Positions 18,642-32,700 of a stretch of DNA of 64,000 bases are shown here, one piece after another. Position 1 is the stretch's first letter, and each line of letters opens with the position of its first letter. The position numbers and the translations under genes were made by a program. Source of the DNA: Methanobacteriota archaeon (GTDB lineage: Archaea; Thermoplasmatota; Poseidoniia; MGIII; CG-Epi1); NCBI GenBank assembly GCA_029977605.1, contig JAPOKN010000002.1, forward strand, positions 6,925 through 70,924. The letters are read 5' to 3'. The notes under the pieces are model-generated. The model searched no databases, was not told where the DNA came from, and saw only the letters and a program-made list of their open reading frames with translations.

Positions 18642-20141
18642 TTAAGGCAAGTCTTTAACCATGTAATAATCTTGCAATTCATACCCTAATTTTTCATAAT
18701 ATAGTCTCGTACCTGGCCCATGTGTTACTCGAATTTTTGAATAAGCTGCAGCTTTTTCTTCAGCTATCTTCATTAACTTACTACCTAGCCCCATATGCTG
18801 GACGCCAGTCCCTGTTTTACCTATATTTGCCGCCTGCCCGGTAACTTTTAACTCACGAACTGTAGCATTTTCATCTAATCTCAAACGCAGATATCCCAAT
18901 AGTTTGGCACCTGATTCGAAAGACAAGAAATATTCGTCACCTCCACTAGACCTGTACTTAATCTCTTTTAATTCAGCAGTTGAAGGATCTATCTGGGCTC
19001 TCCATAACTCTCTACAATTAATACAATTACATTTCTTGCCTCTTGCTTTCAACTCTCTTCTTGCATATTGCCGTAAATTCGAATTCATAACTCCTGCAAT
19101 AATCTGAGGCTTAGGAATATCTCTTTGAATTCTTTGTATTCTAACATACGGAGGAACTATCTCTTTAAGGTCTGCAATTAAACTGGCTGCTGTTTCAGTA
19201 TCGTAAGGAACGAAATCACCAGGATCACGAGCCAAAGCAGAGCCTTTGACCAAAAGAGTAGGATACAATTTTAGCATATCTGGTTGAAACTCTTCTTCTT
19301 CAAATAATCTTTTAAAATCTCTTAAATCTTTTTCAGGATTCATACCTGGCAACCCTGGCATTAAATGATAGACGACTTTCAAACCGGCTTCTTTTAGCAA
19401 TTTAGTAGCCTTAACTACATCTTCAACAAGCTGTTTTCGATTTAATTTACTGTGTACTTCATCATCAAGACACTGGACACCAATCTCAACTCGTGTGGCT
19501 CCCTGCTTTCGCATTTGAAAAACAGACCATGGTGTGCATTCTGTTGGCCTAGTTTCAATTGTCAGAGCTACACATTTATGTTTAGCATTTCCATTTACTT
19601 GAAGTGCCTCTTCAAGAGGCAATTCTTTACCATTAAGTGTTGAAAAGGCACCCTTTAAAAATTCGTCTTGATAGTCAGGGGCTCTTGATGTAAAAGTACC
19701 TCCCATCACTATTATTTCTATTTTATCTGTAGGGTGCCCGTTTCTAATGTATTGCTCTAATCTTGATTCAACCTGTGACTTAGAATTATAGTTGTGCCTT
19801 TTACCTCTTCTCGCTGCAGGTTCGTGTCCTGTGTATGATTGAGGGCTATCATTCTTTGGCCCTCCAGGACAAAAAGTACATGTACCATGTGGGCAAGGGG
19901 CTGGCGAAGTCATAATTGCAACGGGAGTGACTCCTGCACTTGTACGCATTGGTTTTACTCTTAATAGTTTAGCTAACTCAGGCTCTTCTTTAGGATCTAT
20001 TTCAGCTAGAAGTTGATTATTTGGAGGTATTGCATCGAATTTTTCTTCTCTTGCAACTTCCAACTTAATTAGTTGTATATCTTGTCTAGTCTTTGGCTTC
20101 TTTTCAAGAAGTCTTTTAACAACCAAACTTGCGGCTGACAC
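18642..20141 (-). CDS. elp3: Elp3-type radical SAM / GNAT tRNA uridine(34) modification enzyme
   Basis: 499 aa. Cys cluster CPHGTCTFCPGG, a radical-SAM TIM region, and a C-terminal GNAT (QHMGLGSKLM). Confidence 0.88.
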   Translation of the reverse strand: MSAASLVVKRLLEKKPKTRQDIQLIKLEVAREEKFDAIPPNNQLLAEIDPKEEPELAKLLRVKPMRTSAGVTPVAIMTSPAPCPHGTCTFCPGGPKNDSPQSYTGHEPAARRGKRHNYNSKSQVESRLEQYIRNGHPTDKIEIIVMGGTFTSRAPDYQDEFLKGAFSTLNGKELPLEEALQVNGNAKHKCVALTIETRPTECTPWSVFQMRKQGATRVEIGVQCLDDEVHSKLNRKQLVEDVVKATKLLKEAGLKVVYHLMPGLPGMNPEKDLRDFKRLFEEEEFQPDMLKLYPTLLVKGSALARDPGDFVPYDTETAASLIADLKEIVPPYVRIQRIQRDIPKPQIIAGVMNSNLRQYARRELKARGKKCNCINCRELWRAQIDPSTAELKEIKYRSSGGDEYFLSFESGAKLLGYLRLRLDENATVRELKVTGQAANIGKTGTGVQHMGLGSKLMKIAEEKAAAYSKIRVTHGPGTRLYYEKLGYELQDYYMVKDLP

Positions 20142-21238
20142 TAATATATCTCCTTTTTAGCCTTAGTTAAAACGATAGGATGAGAACCGTGAGGCAAAAC
20201 GTCGTCTTCTATACGAATACCGCCTTTCCCTGGAATATAAATGCCGGGCTCAATAGTAACCGCCATTGAATTTTCAATTTTAACTCTAGATTTGTAAGTT
20301 ATAGAAGGATATTCGTGAATCTCTAATCCAAAGCCATGTCCCGTGCCATGTACAAAATTAGCTCCATATCCTTTCTTTCTAATGAAATCCCGTCCTGCTT
20401 TGTCTACTTTATGACCTGTGCTGCCTTCAATCAAAGCTTCAGTAGATCTCTTATTAGCTTCCATAACAATATTATATATTTTATTCCACTCTTCAGATGG
20501 AGAGCCTCCAACAAAATAAGTCCTAGTTATATCTGAACAGTATCCGTCCCAAAAAACTCCAAAATCACAGATAACGGGATCTCCCAATTCAAATTTTCGA
20601 TCTGTATTTGAATGATGAGAATGTGCTGAGTTAGGGCCCGAAGCTACTATGGTACCAAATGAATTCTCTTGTATTCCCTTTCTTGCCATAAAATAATCTA
20701 TCTCAGAACTAACCTCTTTCTCTGTAAGGCCCTCACCTGACTCGACCAAATTATGTGCAAAGGATTGCCCGGAATCTGAATGCTTAATAGCTTTCTTAAT
20801 TCTATCAAGCTCTTCTTTAGATTTGATTGATCTTAATTCATTTATTTTTGAACTAACTGAAATACCAATAGATCTACCTAGTTTTATCTTAGTATCCGCA
20901 TATATTTTTTTAGCCTTAATATCCGAAAGTGTTGATTTAAGAACATCTAAAGAACTTTTACCGTCGGATTCAATATCTGGGTAAGTGGTCCAACATCTTA
21001 TGTCTTTCACGGAAGACTCATGCCTACATCTATGTTCTTCAAGTGATGAGGTTATAGCTATGGGCTCTCCTTTCTTTGGAATAACAACGTAATTCATTGT
21101 TGAACTGGGAGGGCTGCCTGGAGGAGAATCAGAATTAGCTAAATATCTTGTATTGCCAGGTAGTGCAGATACAAATGCATCCATTTCGCCAAGATTAGTT
21201 CGAATATTATCCCATCGGTTTTTGTAATTAATCTTCAT
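20141..21238 (-). CDS. M24-family Xaa-Pro aminopeptidase / prolidase
   Basis: 365 aa. DxGxxxxGYxSDITRT, HGTGHGFGLEIHE and EPGIY..G..GIRIED are the pita-bread metal ligands. Confidence 0.85.
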   Translation of the reverse strand: MKINYKNRWDNIRTNLGEMDAFVSALPGNTRYLANSDSPPGSPPSSTMNYVVIPKKGEPIAITSSLEEHRCRHESSVKDIRCWTTYPDIESDGKSSLDVLKSTLSDIKAKKIYADTKIKLGRSIGISVSSKINELRSIKSKEELDRIKKAIKHSDSGQSFAHNLVESGEGLTEKEVSSEIDYFMARKGIQENSFGTIVASGPNSAHSHHSNTDRKFELGDPVICDFGVFWDGYCSDITRTYFVGGSPSEEWNKIYNIVMEANKRSTEALIEGSTGHKVDKAGRDFIRKKGYGANFVHGTGHGFGLEIHEYPSITYKSRVKIENSMAVTIEPGIYIPGKGGIRIEDDVLPHGSHPIVLTKAKKEIY

Positions 21239-21395
21239 GCTTCACCATCAATGATATCGCTAATTTATAGCCTGGCAACATATTGCCAAGAATCAATAAG
21301 GAAGCTATGATATAATAATTATTTAAGTAAAATGCAATTGAGCAAATAATCAGTACTGTGTACAAAATTCCAATATAAAATTTAGTGAATTCCAT
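21228..21395 (-). CDS. possible 55-aa two-helix membrane peptide (below ORF-track cutoff)
   Basis: Own translation: MEFTKFYIGILYTVLIICSIAFYLNNYYIIASLLILGNMLPGYKLAISLMVKHED. The ATG follows the upstream stop (21396-21398) directly. Its stop overlaps the first codons of the M24 peptidase gene, so it fills the only gap in the operon. Confidence 0.35.
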   Translation of the reverse strand: MEFTKFYIGILYTVLIICSIAFYLNNYYIIASLLILGNMLPGYKLAISLMVKHED

Positions 21396-21983
21396 TTAGT
21401 CACTCCCTAGAGAAACTGGTAACTCTGGACCTAATCCAGACACATAAAAAATTGTCATAATTAGTATAGGGAAAATTTGCATTAACAAATCATCGTCTAA
21501 CCATTTGAATTTAGGTCTTTCAACTAAAACTGCCACTAGCCCACCTATTAGCGAATAGAATAAAGATCCAATAATTAGTTGATAAATTAACACACTAGCA
21601 ATAAATCCTGCGAAAAAACCCTGTAAGTTTCCATATTTTTTGTTACATTCTCCAATCAGAGGATCAACGAGTGAAGCCATTATGATAGTTGAAACTGCAA
21701 ATATTTCAGGGAAAACGCCAATTTCGTAAAAAAATAAGACAGTACAAGTTCCAGTAGCAAACCAAACGAAACCGGCAACCCTGTTACTTTCATACTCTCT
21801 CATCCCATCCAATGCGAAGACTCCAGACAGCCTAAAATATTCAATTAATACAATACTAAGCCAAAACACAATAACAAGATATAATCTATCAACACCAAAT
21901 ATATGTTCTGGAAAAAGAAAATATATTACAAAACAAGAAGCAACAGTATGATTGAAACGTCTGTAGATAGCTTGGTCAATCAT
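21396..21983 (-). CDS. polytopic membrane protein, possibly CTP-dependent polyprenol/dolichol kinase-like
   Basis: 195 aa with ~6 hydrophobic helices. The LVDPLIGECNKKYG segment resembles the D..A..G...G motif of the DolK / phytol kinase / CdsA superfamily. The functional assignment is weak. Confidence 0.4.
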   Translation of the reverse strand: MIDQAIYRRFNHTVASCFVIYFLFPEHIFGVDRLYLVIVFWLSIVLIEYFRLSGVFALDGMREYESNRVAGFVWFATGTCTVLFFYEIGVFPEIFAVSTIIMASLVDPLIGECNKKYGNLQGFFAGFIASVLIYQLIIGSLFYSLIGGLVAVLVERPKFKWLDDDLLMQIFPILIMTIFYVSGLGPELPVSLGSD

Positions 21984-21987
21984 TAAA

Positions 21988-22923
21988 TTAGATATGTATA
22001 TCTATGTTCAAAAATTGTGCCATTTCCTTATATCTGCTTCTAATTGTAACTTCGGTTAAATCTGCCGCTCTTGCAACATCTTTCTGCTTTCTTCTTTCAT
22101 TATTTACAATAGATGCTATGTAAACTGCTGCAGCTGCAAGGGAAATTGGAACTGAGTTGGTCAGTGGAACATCTTGTGCTGCCCTTAATAAATCTCTAGC
22201 AGCCCCTTCAACTTTTGGAGACAATTCTAATTTAGAACAAATACGAGGTAAGTAATCTTCTGGTAAAGGCGGCATCGAATGCATTTTCAAAGCTTTAACC
22301 ATTACCTGATATGTTCTAGAAATTTCTTTTCTTGAATAACGACTGTGCCTACTAATTTCGGTAAGAGTTCTAGGAACTCCTTCCTGCCTACATGCTGCAT
22401 ATAGTGCCGCACAGGCAACCATTTCAATTGCCCTACCGCTCAAAGATTGTTCTTGTATGGCTCTTCTGTAGATGAAAGCAGCAGTCTCTTGAATCCTTCT
22501 TGGTAGCTTCAAATTCGTGGCTACAGCCTGCATTTCACGCATAGCTACTGCCATGTTTCTCTCTGCAGACTTAGATGCGCGAGCTCTTCTTTGCCATTTT
22601 CTCATTCTGAAAAGCATTGACTGATTCTTATTCGAAATGGATCTTCCATAATAATCTCTATTAGTTGGGGAAATTTCAGTTGACAATCCTTTATCTGGAA
22701 GTGTAGTTGACATTGGAGGTCCAGCCCTTGCAAGAGCATTTTCTTGTTGCATGTCAAATGCTCTCCACTCAGGACCTGTGTCAACAATATTATCTTCTAA
22801 AACCAAACCACAATCTGCACAGACAATTTCTGCATGATCATAATCGCGTTTCAAATGTGTTCCCTTACAATCTGGACAAGCTGTTATTTCGTCAACACTA
22901 CCGTCTTCGTTTTTGTCTGCCAT
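21988..22923 (-). CDS. tfb: transcription initiation factor TFB (TFIIB), full-length
   Basis: 311 aa. Zn ribbon CPDCx..CADCG, B-reader GPEWRAF, and two cyclin repeats. Confidence 0.92.
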   Translation of the reverse strand: MADKNEDGSVDEITACPDCKGTHLKRDYDHAEIVCADCGLVLEDNIVDTGPEWRAFDMQQENALARAGPPMSTTLPDKGLSTEISPTNRDYYGRSISNKNQSMLFRMRKWQRRARASKSAERNMAVAMREMQAVATNLKLPRRIQETAAFIYRRAIQEQSLSGRAIEMVACAALYAACRQEGVPRTLTEISRHSRYSRKEISRTYQVMVKALKMHSMPPLPEDYLPRICSKLELSPKVEGAARDLLRAAQDVPLTNSVPISLAAAAVYIASIVNNERRKQKDVARAADLTEVTIRSRYKEMAQFLNIDIHI

Positions 22924-22994
22924 GGTTAGTTCCCTCGATGGGAGTCTCGTTGATTTAGGGGTGTATAAAAAGATTTGCTTAATCTTGAGTGTAG

Positions 22995-23426
22995 CTAAAT
23001 TTGCTTCTCCATTACTATTCCGTCACAGCCATCTTGATAATAACATGGTAAAACATCTACACTAGAAAAATTTAATTTACGGTAAAAATAAATTGCAGAC
23101 GAATCTTTTCTTACTTCAAGTGTTACCTTCTTTACACCATAGCTAAGACTTCTTTCAATCATCATATTTAAAAGTTTACGACCGTAACCTTTCCTCCTAA
23201 AATCTTTTGCCAGAGCTATAATTAGAATCCTGAGCTTAGAGTTAGGCTGGATAGCACCACAAGCTACTCCAACTATATTATCGTCAGATCTCATAACCAA
23301 AAAACCTTCTGGCCATCGTTTCTTGATTGTAAGAAATACTCCCTTTTCATAGTTTTCAGTTATATTATCATCTAAAAATCGCATCAAATTGTCCAAATCC
23401 CCTTCTAAAAATCTATTAACTATCAT
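22995..23426 (-). CDS. GNAT N-acetyltransferase (RimI-like)
   Basis: 143 aa. FRRKGYGRKLL is the acetyl-CoA binding motif. It overlaps the upstream gene by 4 nt. Confidence 0.78.
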   Translation of the reverse strand: MIVNRFLEGDLDNLMRFLDDNITENYEKGVFLTIKKRWPEGFLVMRSDDNIVGVACGAIQPNSKLRILIIALAKDFRRKGYGRKLLNMMIERSLSYGVKKVTLEVRKDSSAIYFYRKLNFSSVDVLPCYYQDGCDGIVMEKQI

Positions 23427-24643
23427 AATTCTAGATCGAGGTCTGTTAGCTTAATCTCTCCTTGGACTTCGCACTGAGAAACATATGAATTCTCTAAATA
23501 AGTTGCCTGTGAATTGATTCCTTTGCTGCTAAAAAGATAATAGTATGAATCTAAGTCATCTCCATTACCATTATCCACCCAATCTGATATTCGGTATGGA
23601 GGTAGCCACATGAAATATGAATTAGCAAGATCAATGTTCACAACTGTAAAGGTCCCGTCATTCAGAGGTACAACTGCATTAACCCAGGCATGCCCACCCC
23701 AATCTCTCAAATCACAGCCTGAACTTGCATCAATAAATGCTGGAATTATTCCAAGTTCAAGCCAAGCAGGGATGCCTGCAGCTCTGGCTATAGAGCTGAA
23801 GAGAATCGAAAAATCATCGCAATCACCTACTTTTCCTACAATTGTGTCTGGACAACTTTTAGGAACTGAGGATTTTTGGTACTTGTAATTATTTTCAATG
23901 TAATCAAAAATATTTTTTAATATCATTATCACATTTCCATCAGTTCCGTTAGATAATTGCAATGCCAATTGCTGAACCTGTTCGTTACTAGGTTCAATTA
24001 ACCACTCATCTTCCAAATAGTTGTCAAACTCAGCAGGAATATCACTCACTTTACCTGAATTAGAAATCTTAATATCTGGACGTATAAGATTAATTGTAGC
24101 TGTATATTCCAAACTAATGTAGTCTCGTTCAGAACCTGTCAAATTATTCCTCCATTCCATTCTCCCCTCTGGAGTAAGATTATACATTGGACTAACTTGT
24201 AAGTTATCTATGATTTGCCAATCTGTTGTATCGTACTGAGAACCGGAGGGACGGCTTTCTGGAACACTAAGTGTTAAGGTATATTCTGCTTCATCGCCTT
24301 CATCTAAGAAGACTTCAAAATTTCTTACGTAAGTCAATGTTATCTGCTCTGGTATTGTGTAGTATGGAGTATTAATTTCATCCCAGTAATCCATTCCATC
24401 ACTTAACAAAACTTGGGTTTGCGGTGAAGCAAAAAGACCAACAACAAGTAACAGAGCTATTAGCTTCTTTGGAATGTAACTAAAGATACTTCGAGATGGT
24501 AATGATGATTTAGACTCCTGAGTTGATATTTCAACTTTAGGAGGAGTAAACATCGCCTCTCTTCCAGGAATCATCATTCTACAATTAGAACACTTTGCAT
24601 CTTGCTCTTTAATTACAAAACCACAAAAATCACAAAGCTTCAT
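23423..24643 (-). CDS. zinc-ribbon / single TM / extracytoplasmic transglutaminase-like cysteine protease-fold protein
   Basis: 406 aa. N-terminal CDFCx12CSNC and one TM (LIALLLVVGLFA). Transglutaminase core GDCDDFSILFSSIARAAGIPAW ... GGHAWVNAV ... D. Confidence 0.72.
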   Translation of the reverse strand: MKLCDFCGFVIKEQDAKCSNCRMMIPGREAMFTPPKVEISTQESKSSLPSRSIFSYIPKKLIALLLVVGLFASPQTQVLLSDGMDYWDEINTPYYTIPEQITLTYVRNFEVFLDEGDEAEYTLTLSVPESRPSGSQYDTTDWQIIDNLQVSPMYNLTPEGRMEWRNNLTGSERDYISLEYTATINLIRPDIKISNSGKVSDIPAEFDNYLEDEWLIEPSNEQVQQLALQLSNGTDGNVIMILKNIFDYIENNYKYQKSSVPKSCPDTIVGKVGDCDDFSILFSSIARAAGIPAWLELGIIPAFIDASSGCDLRDWGGHAWVNAVVPLNDGTFTVVNIDLANSYFMWLPPYRISDWVDNGNGDDLDSYYYLFSSKGINSQATYLENSYVSQCEVQGEIKLTDLDLEL

Positions 24644-24673
24644 AATTACTAATTTAGAAAAACGTTAATAAAA

Positions 24674-24919
24674 TTATACAGAACCTGAACGGCTATTTCT
24701 TATCTCGTTTAAAATCAAAACAACCACACCAACAGCAAGTACGTATGCACTTGTTTCTCGACCAACTGCCTCGGCCAACTCCACAACAATTATTGCCAAT
24801 AAACACGCAAGCATAACTCCCCATCTAGAGATTTGAATGGCATTACTGTCTTCTGCGTCAAAGTATCGAATAAGTCCTGCTGCAGACTGAAAACCTTGTG
24901 TCTTCTTTTCTTTTGCCAT
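24674..24919 (-). CDS. preprotein translocase Sec61-beta (archaeal SecG) homologue, extended
   Basis: 81 aa. MAKEKKTQGFQSAAGLIRYFD matches the archaeal Sec-beta SAGLIRY motif followed by a TM helix. An exact TTTAAATA (minus strand, 24941-24948) lies 22 nt upstream of the ATG. Confidence 0.7.
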   Translation of the reverse strand: MAKEKKTQGFQSAAGLIRYFDAEDSNAIQISRWGVMLACLLAIIVVELAEAVGRETSAYVLAVGVVVLILNEIRNSRSGSV

Positions 24920-25000
24920 AATTTTTCGACTCGATAGTCTTATTTAAAATTAATCAGCATAACTATAATACCACATTTCCAATAAAACATACGGTATAAG

Positions 25001-25255
25001 ATGTATTGTAGAATGTGTATCGATGTTCATGGATTAACTCCAACTAAATTAAATCAGCCTTCCGAAGCTGAGTTTTTGGTATCACACTGTTATGAAGGTG
25101 ATCTAAGACACAAGCATGATGAAAACCAAGGTTTCATACAACCAATGTGTGGTTCATGCGTTGAAAGAATAAAGAAAAATCCTGATTTATTTATTTTTTC
25201 GGTATACGACATAAATCTTAAAGAAAAGAATACTGTAGAGGAAGATAATGAGTGA
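25001..25255 (+). CDS. hypothetical small 4-Cys (CxxC...CxxC) protein
   Basis: 84 aa. CRMC at the N-terminus and CGSC at ~aa 50 suggest a zinc-ribbon-like fold. No family recognised. Confidence 0.4.
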   Translation: MYCRMCIDVHGLTPTKLNQPSEAEFLVSHCYEGDLRHKHDENQGFIQPMCGSCVERIKKNPDLFIFSVYDINLKEKNTVEEDNE

Positions 25256-25538
25256 TTTCAAAGAAAATGTTGAAAAATTAAATGTTAGAGGTATAGTATT
25301 GTCATCTGTAATGACTGCTTTTGGTCTCGTAGTCGCTTTGGTCTGGAAAGACACAATAATTGCAACTGTAGAGTATTTGCTACCCAACACTGACGATGGA
25401 ACTCTGCAAGGAATGTACATAAGTGCAATTGCTGTAACTGTATTGGTAATGGCCTTAGCTAAATTTGCAATAACTTTGAATGAAAGAGTCGAAAAAGAAA
25501 TTGATAGGGTACAATCTTATTTTGATGATGAAGATTAA
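25248..25538 (+). CDS. small two-TM membrane protein
   Basis: 96 aa with two hydrophobic helices and an acidic C-terminus. The N-terminal FKENVEKLNVRG...VW.D resembles the start of MscL only loosely. It overlaps the previous ORF by 8 nt. Confidence 0.45.
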   Translation: MSDFKENVEKLNVRGIVLSSVMTAFGLVVALVWKDTIIATVEYLLPNTDDGTLQGMYISAIAVTVLVMALAKFAITLNERVEKEIDRVQSYFDDED

Positions 25539-25549
25539 ACCAAATAATC

Positions 25550-29685
<4,136 letters not shown>

Positions 29686-29758
29686 AGTAACTGTTATGCA
29701 TTAAAGAGGTGATAATAAATAGTTCTTCTCATGTAAATATCAAGCCCTTATTGTAGAT

Positions 29759-32700
29759 ATGTACATGATTCGAGACGTAAAATGGAAAAAAAACTTTGTT
29801 ACTTTGGCGATTTTAGCCTTAGCAATTACAGTTTATATGCCAACTTCTGAAGCTCAGGAAGACCCTTATATTGAAAATGTCATTTACTCAAAAGGATCAG
29901 AGGAGAGCTCCACAATTGTTCTAAGTGGGAGAGATAATGCTACATTTTACAGATATTTGATTTTAGACGACTACTCACAAGCGCCCACAAACTGGTTTGA
30001 ATCTGATTTTAACGATTCTACATGGAGTTTTGGTGCAGCTCCTTTCGGCGATAGATCAGTCAGCGGAGTTGAACCCAATTTAATTTGGAATACTCAGGGA
30101 AATTCTCCTTATGAGGATGATGTCATATTAGTCCGTCACAAATTCCAAATGAGTGGAATCGTAACATCTGCACAAATTGATGTGGCTTTTGCAAACTACT
30201 GTACACCATACCTAAACGGAAACATAATTTATGAGGAGAGAGGAGACAATAACCACGCACAAGAATATTGGAATGATGACGGAACAGAAGAAATAAGTGC
30301 TTCATCCTTTGAAATGGGCCAAAATGTATTGGCAGTTTATGCCAGAGATACAGGTCAAGGTACATGGGGTAATAGCAATAGACAATGGGTTGATCTTCAA
30401 ATAACTGCCAGTGTTTTCCAACCTACTAATGATTCTATTATTTTTGGAGATAGTGTAACTGTTGCCGTGAAAGGAGGAAATAAAGGCAACGTAAGCGCAG
30501 AAGAAGTGATCATTCAATCTTTCACAAATGAAACCACTATCAGTTCCACAAATTTGGCTATAACAGACCCAGGTTTTGAAGACTTAATTTTCTTCACGTG
30601 GACTCCAGATTACATAGGTGAAAATAGTCTTATTTTGCATATTTCGTGCAATTGCAGTGATGCAAATTTATCAAATAATAATTTGACTCTAAATATTACA
30701 ACAAAAATTTACCGTCTGAAAACTGAAATTGAAAATAATTTACAATATGTAAATCAAAGTCGAAATTTAGTGAAAATAGTTAGTATCACAAACAATGGTG
30801 GATTAACAGACAATGTAACTCTAATTCCATCCAATGGGGAAATTAATTCTCAGCTAACATTTAGTCCTAACAATTTCATTCTTAATCCAGGAGAATCAAA
30901 AAACGTTACCATAAGTGCACAATTACCGCTATCAATTGAAGATGGCTTTCATAATATTTCATTCGAGGTAAAGACTCAGCATGACTATACAATAAGCGAA
31001 TATCTAGTTAATAACGGGATAAATACTGAAGTTGCCTGGAAATGGATAGAATCCGATGGTTATGAAGAACTATATGGTAATGCTAACTGGACTACTCTTG
31101 GATTTAATGATACCAATTGGTTAAATGCTAGTACACCTTTTGGAGATAGTTCTGTCGATGGAGTTAATTACAGAACTTTGTGGGATGAAGATAATTATGC
31201 TTACTTTAGATATATTTTGAACATAAATGATATTGGAGTTTATAAAAATGGCATAATGAACATTAATGTTGCCAGCAATAATTTTGGTGACCACTATATC
31301 AATGGAATATTTGTTTTTGGAGATATGGATGAAGGTAATGGACATGGTGCAGAATACTGGAATGATGAGGTACAAGTTTTCACAAATTATCTTTTGGAAG
31401 GGGAAAATGTTATTGCAAGCGTAATTGGAAATCCGCAAAATAGTCAATGGTTTGACCAAGAAATAATAGTTACATTTCCACAAGCTAACCTATGGAACTA
31501 TGAAGATATTACATACAACGTCCCTATATTTGTTGATACAACAGCTCCTTCAACTAAAGTAAATGAAAATGGATTCTATAAAAATTCAACAAATATACCT
31601 CTAACGTGGAAAGAAATATCTGATGATGGTGATCTCGAAGGATTTTACTTGTACTATCAAATGAAAGATGGAACTTCACTAGGAGATTGGATGCTTTACG
31701 GTTATTATGATACAATATTTGCTACTAACTTTTCAGCAGAAAATGGAATGATTTATCGATTTAGGACTATTGGTATCGATGTGTACGGAAACAAAGAGAT
31801 AAAGGGAACTTACGATACAGAAGTTAAAATTGATATGGATTTACCTAGATCGGAACTTTGGCTAAGTGAAGGGGATATTCAATATACAAACCTAGATGGA
31901 GTAACAATAAATTGGAAAGAAAATGAAACTTCAGACATTCAAGGATATTTCATAGAATACAAAAATATTGATGAGACTTCTTGGGAGAACTATGGACTAT
32001 TTACTGGAATCGGCGAATATTGGTTCGAGCCTGAATCTGATGGAACATACCTAATCAGATCCAGGAGTATTGACTATTCGGGAAATAAAGAGCTAAAAGA
32101 AGTTCCTGACATAACGATAACGTTTGACAGAATGAAGCCTTTAGTAAGTTTAAATCATATCAATATCTTAAGAGATACAGGAGAATTAACACTATCAATT
32201 AAAGAAAAGTCCGAAAATTTATCTTCACTGGATATTGAGTTTGCCAGACTAGATGAGAATAACGAAGATATATTAGATTGGAAGTCGTTCGACGAGGAAT
32301 GGCTGAATGAGGAGTTCATAATCAGAAATCTTGTTGACGGATATACTTATTATTTTAGAATAAACCCTGAAGATTACGCCGGAAACAATTATCCTAGAGA
32401 GGAATTTGAATTTATATTCAATTATGAAGATAATAATACTAAAGAAATACTACTTCCAACAATACCCCTTAAACCTGTAATGACAGGTAAAATAAAAAAT
32501 GTTGAAATTACTGTAGACGAAAATTTAAACGGAATTTACGATAAGATTCTTCAAGAGTACAACGGTAATGATTTGTCTGGAATGAAAGCAAATCAATATT
32601 GGATTGATTATGAAGAAGGTAAACTAGTATTTGGGAATGGAGATGTTGGCTACCTACCACCTGTAAACTCATCTATATCTATAATCTACTCAGGATATGA

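Noticed and set aside
25248-25538. Calling the 96-aa membrane protein an MscL channel
   Set aside because: Only the first ~30 residues loosely resemble the MscL N-terminus. The length and second half do not fit, so it is kept as a generic small membrane protein.
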